Shown here piece by piece: positions 62,972 to 64,000 of a DNA stretch of 64,000 nt. The position numbers and the translations under genes are program-made. The notes beneath the pieces were generated by a model, which worked only from the letters and a program-made list of their open reading frames with translations, was not told where the DNA came from and searched no databases. The stretch is from Paragordius varius (Eukaryota; Animalia; Nematomorpha). Positions within the stretch are counted from its first letter, which is position 1; each line of letters opens with the position of its first letter. The DNA lies in NCBI GenBank assembly GCA_964247055.1, contig OZ176054.1:12462001-12526000 (forward strand), in the 5' to 3' direction.

Positions 62972-64000
62972 ATGACATTTTACGGGGAGAACGAGTAAAA
63001 AGAGAGCCTAAATTAAAAAAATAAGCCGACTATGTTCGGCTAAATCAAAAAAATGCAAAAAAATCATATTTGAAATCGAAAGGTCCAACACGTTTTGAAA
63101 ATCGTCTCAAAGAGACGATTTTTATGGACTTGTGTTTTCAAAAAAAACCCGTTTTTTACAAGGAGTGGGCCCGAACAGGAAGCATAATTCAAAAAAGGGC
63201 GAAGCTATTGTCGGGGCATTCATTAATGATTATATTTTTTTGACATTCGGATTTGAATGGGTCCACCGGTTTTCCGGAAAGATCACAAAGCCAGCATTTA
63301 CGATTTTTACAAATATATAGATTATAATGATCAGGAATAATGTTGGTATAGACAGTCTTTCCGAACCAGAAGATTTTATGATATATTTATCAAGATGATT
63401 GATATTTTCCTTTATGACAATAATTTTACAAGTTTAAAAACATTTTTTGTTATATTGTATTATTATCACTTGCGACCCCATTTGCGTAGCAAAATTATGG
63501 GTTCGCAAGTAATAAAAATACAATTTAACAAAAATGTTTTTTAACTTGTAAAATTATTGTTATAAAGAAAAGTAACAATCATCTTAATAAATATATCTTA
63601 AAATCTTCTGGTCTGGAAAGACTGTTTATACCAGCATTTCCCGATCATTATAATTTAAATATTTATAAAAATGGAAAATGCTGGCTTTGTGTTCTGTTTC
63701 CGGAACACCGGTAAACCCATTCAAATCCATGTTAAAAAAATATAATCATTAATGAATGCCCCGACAATAGCTTTATACTTTTTTAGGCTACCAGTTCGGG
63801 CCCACCCCGTGTAGAAATCGGGTTTTTTTGAAAACAGAATTTCAAAAAAATCGTGTCTTTGAGACCATTTTCCGGAAACCGTGTTGGAACATTCGTTTTC
63901 AAATATGATTATTTTTACATTTTTTCGATTGCGCCGAACTTGTCGGATTAATTTTTTAATTTAGGCTATCTTTTTACCCGTTCCCCCCGTAAAATGTCAT
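62972..64000. repeat. >=1-kb foldback palindrome (arms >=500 bp, running off the window end)
   Basis: ATGACATTTTACGGGGAGAACGAGTAAAAAGAGAGCCTAAATT at 62972 matches the reverse complement of the window end. Symmetry is continuous to a central hairpin TTTGC-GTA-GCAAA centred at 63487. Confidence 0.93.

Overview
AT-rich eukaryotic (metazoan, standard code) genomic window with spliced genes and many transposon relics. By manual splice-phase reconstruction I find 11 protein-coding loci. (1) The 3' 13 exons (>1,600 aa) of a basic, low-complexity protein (1-9645, +). (2) An orphan class C (mGluR/CaSR-like) GPCR (-). (3) An intronless MAP3K-like pseudokinase (+). (4-11) A dense housekeeping cluster: TMEM50, a frameshifted sulfiredoxin (SRXN1), MIPEP, MRPS10, a GT31 beta-1,3-glycosyltransferase, QRSL1/GatA, TIPRL and BCKDHB. 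TMEM50, SRXN1 and MRPS10 are invisible in the ORF track, and QRSL1, TIPRL and BCKDHB appear only as fragments, because they are split by introns, many of them ultrashort. The most striking features are 13 GT-AG introns of only 22-31 nt, which are always the 5'-most introns of their genes; head-to-head gene pairs with start codons <50 bp apart; and a +1 frameshift at a UCA-UGA stop in SRXN1. A ~10 kb block (18.5-29.4 kb) holds two decayed Mag-like Ty3/Gypsy elements tail-to-tail, a hAT element inside one LTR, and two collinear RTE non-LTR fragments on either side. Several MITE families, a mariner relic and a >=1 kb foldback palindrome fill introns and intergenic DNA. Tiny introns plus a compact AT-rich gene layout suggest a genome-reduced invertebrate (for example orthonectid/dicyemid-like), but the organism cannot be determined from the sequence alone. 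All homology calls are from recalled family motifs; no database searches were run.
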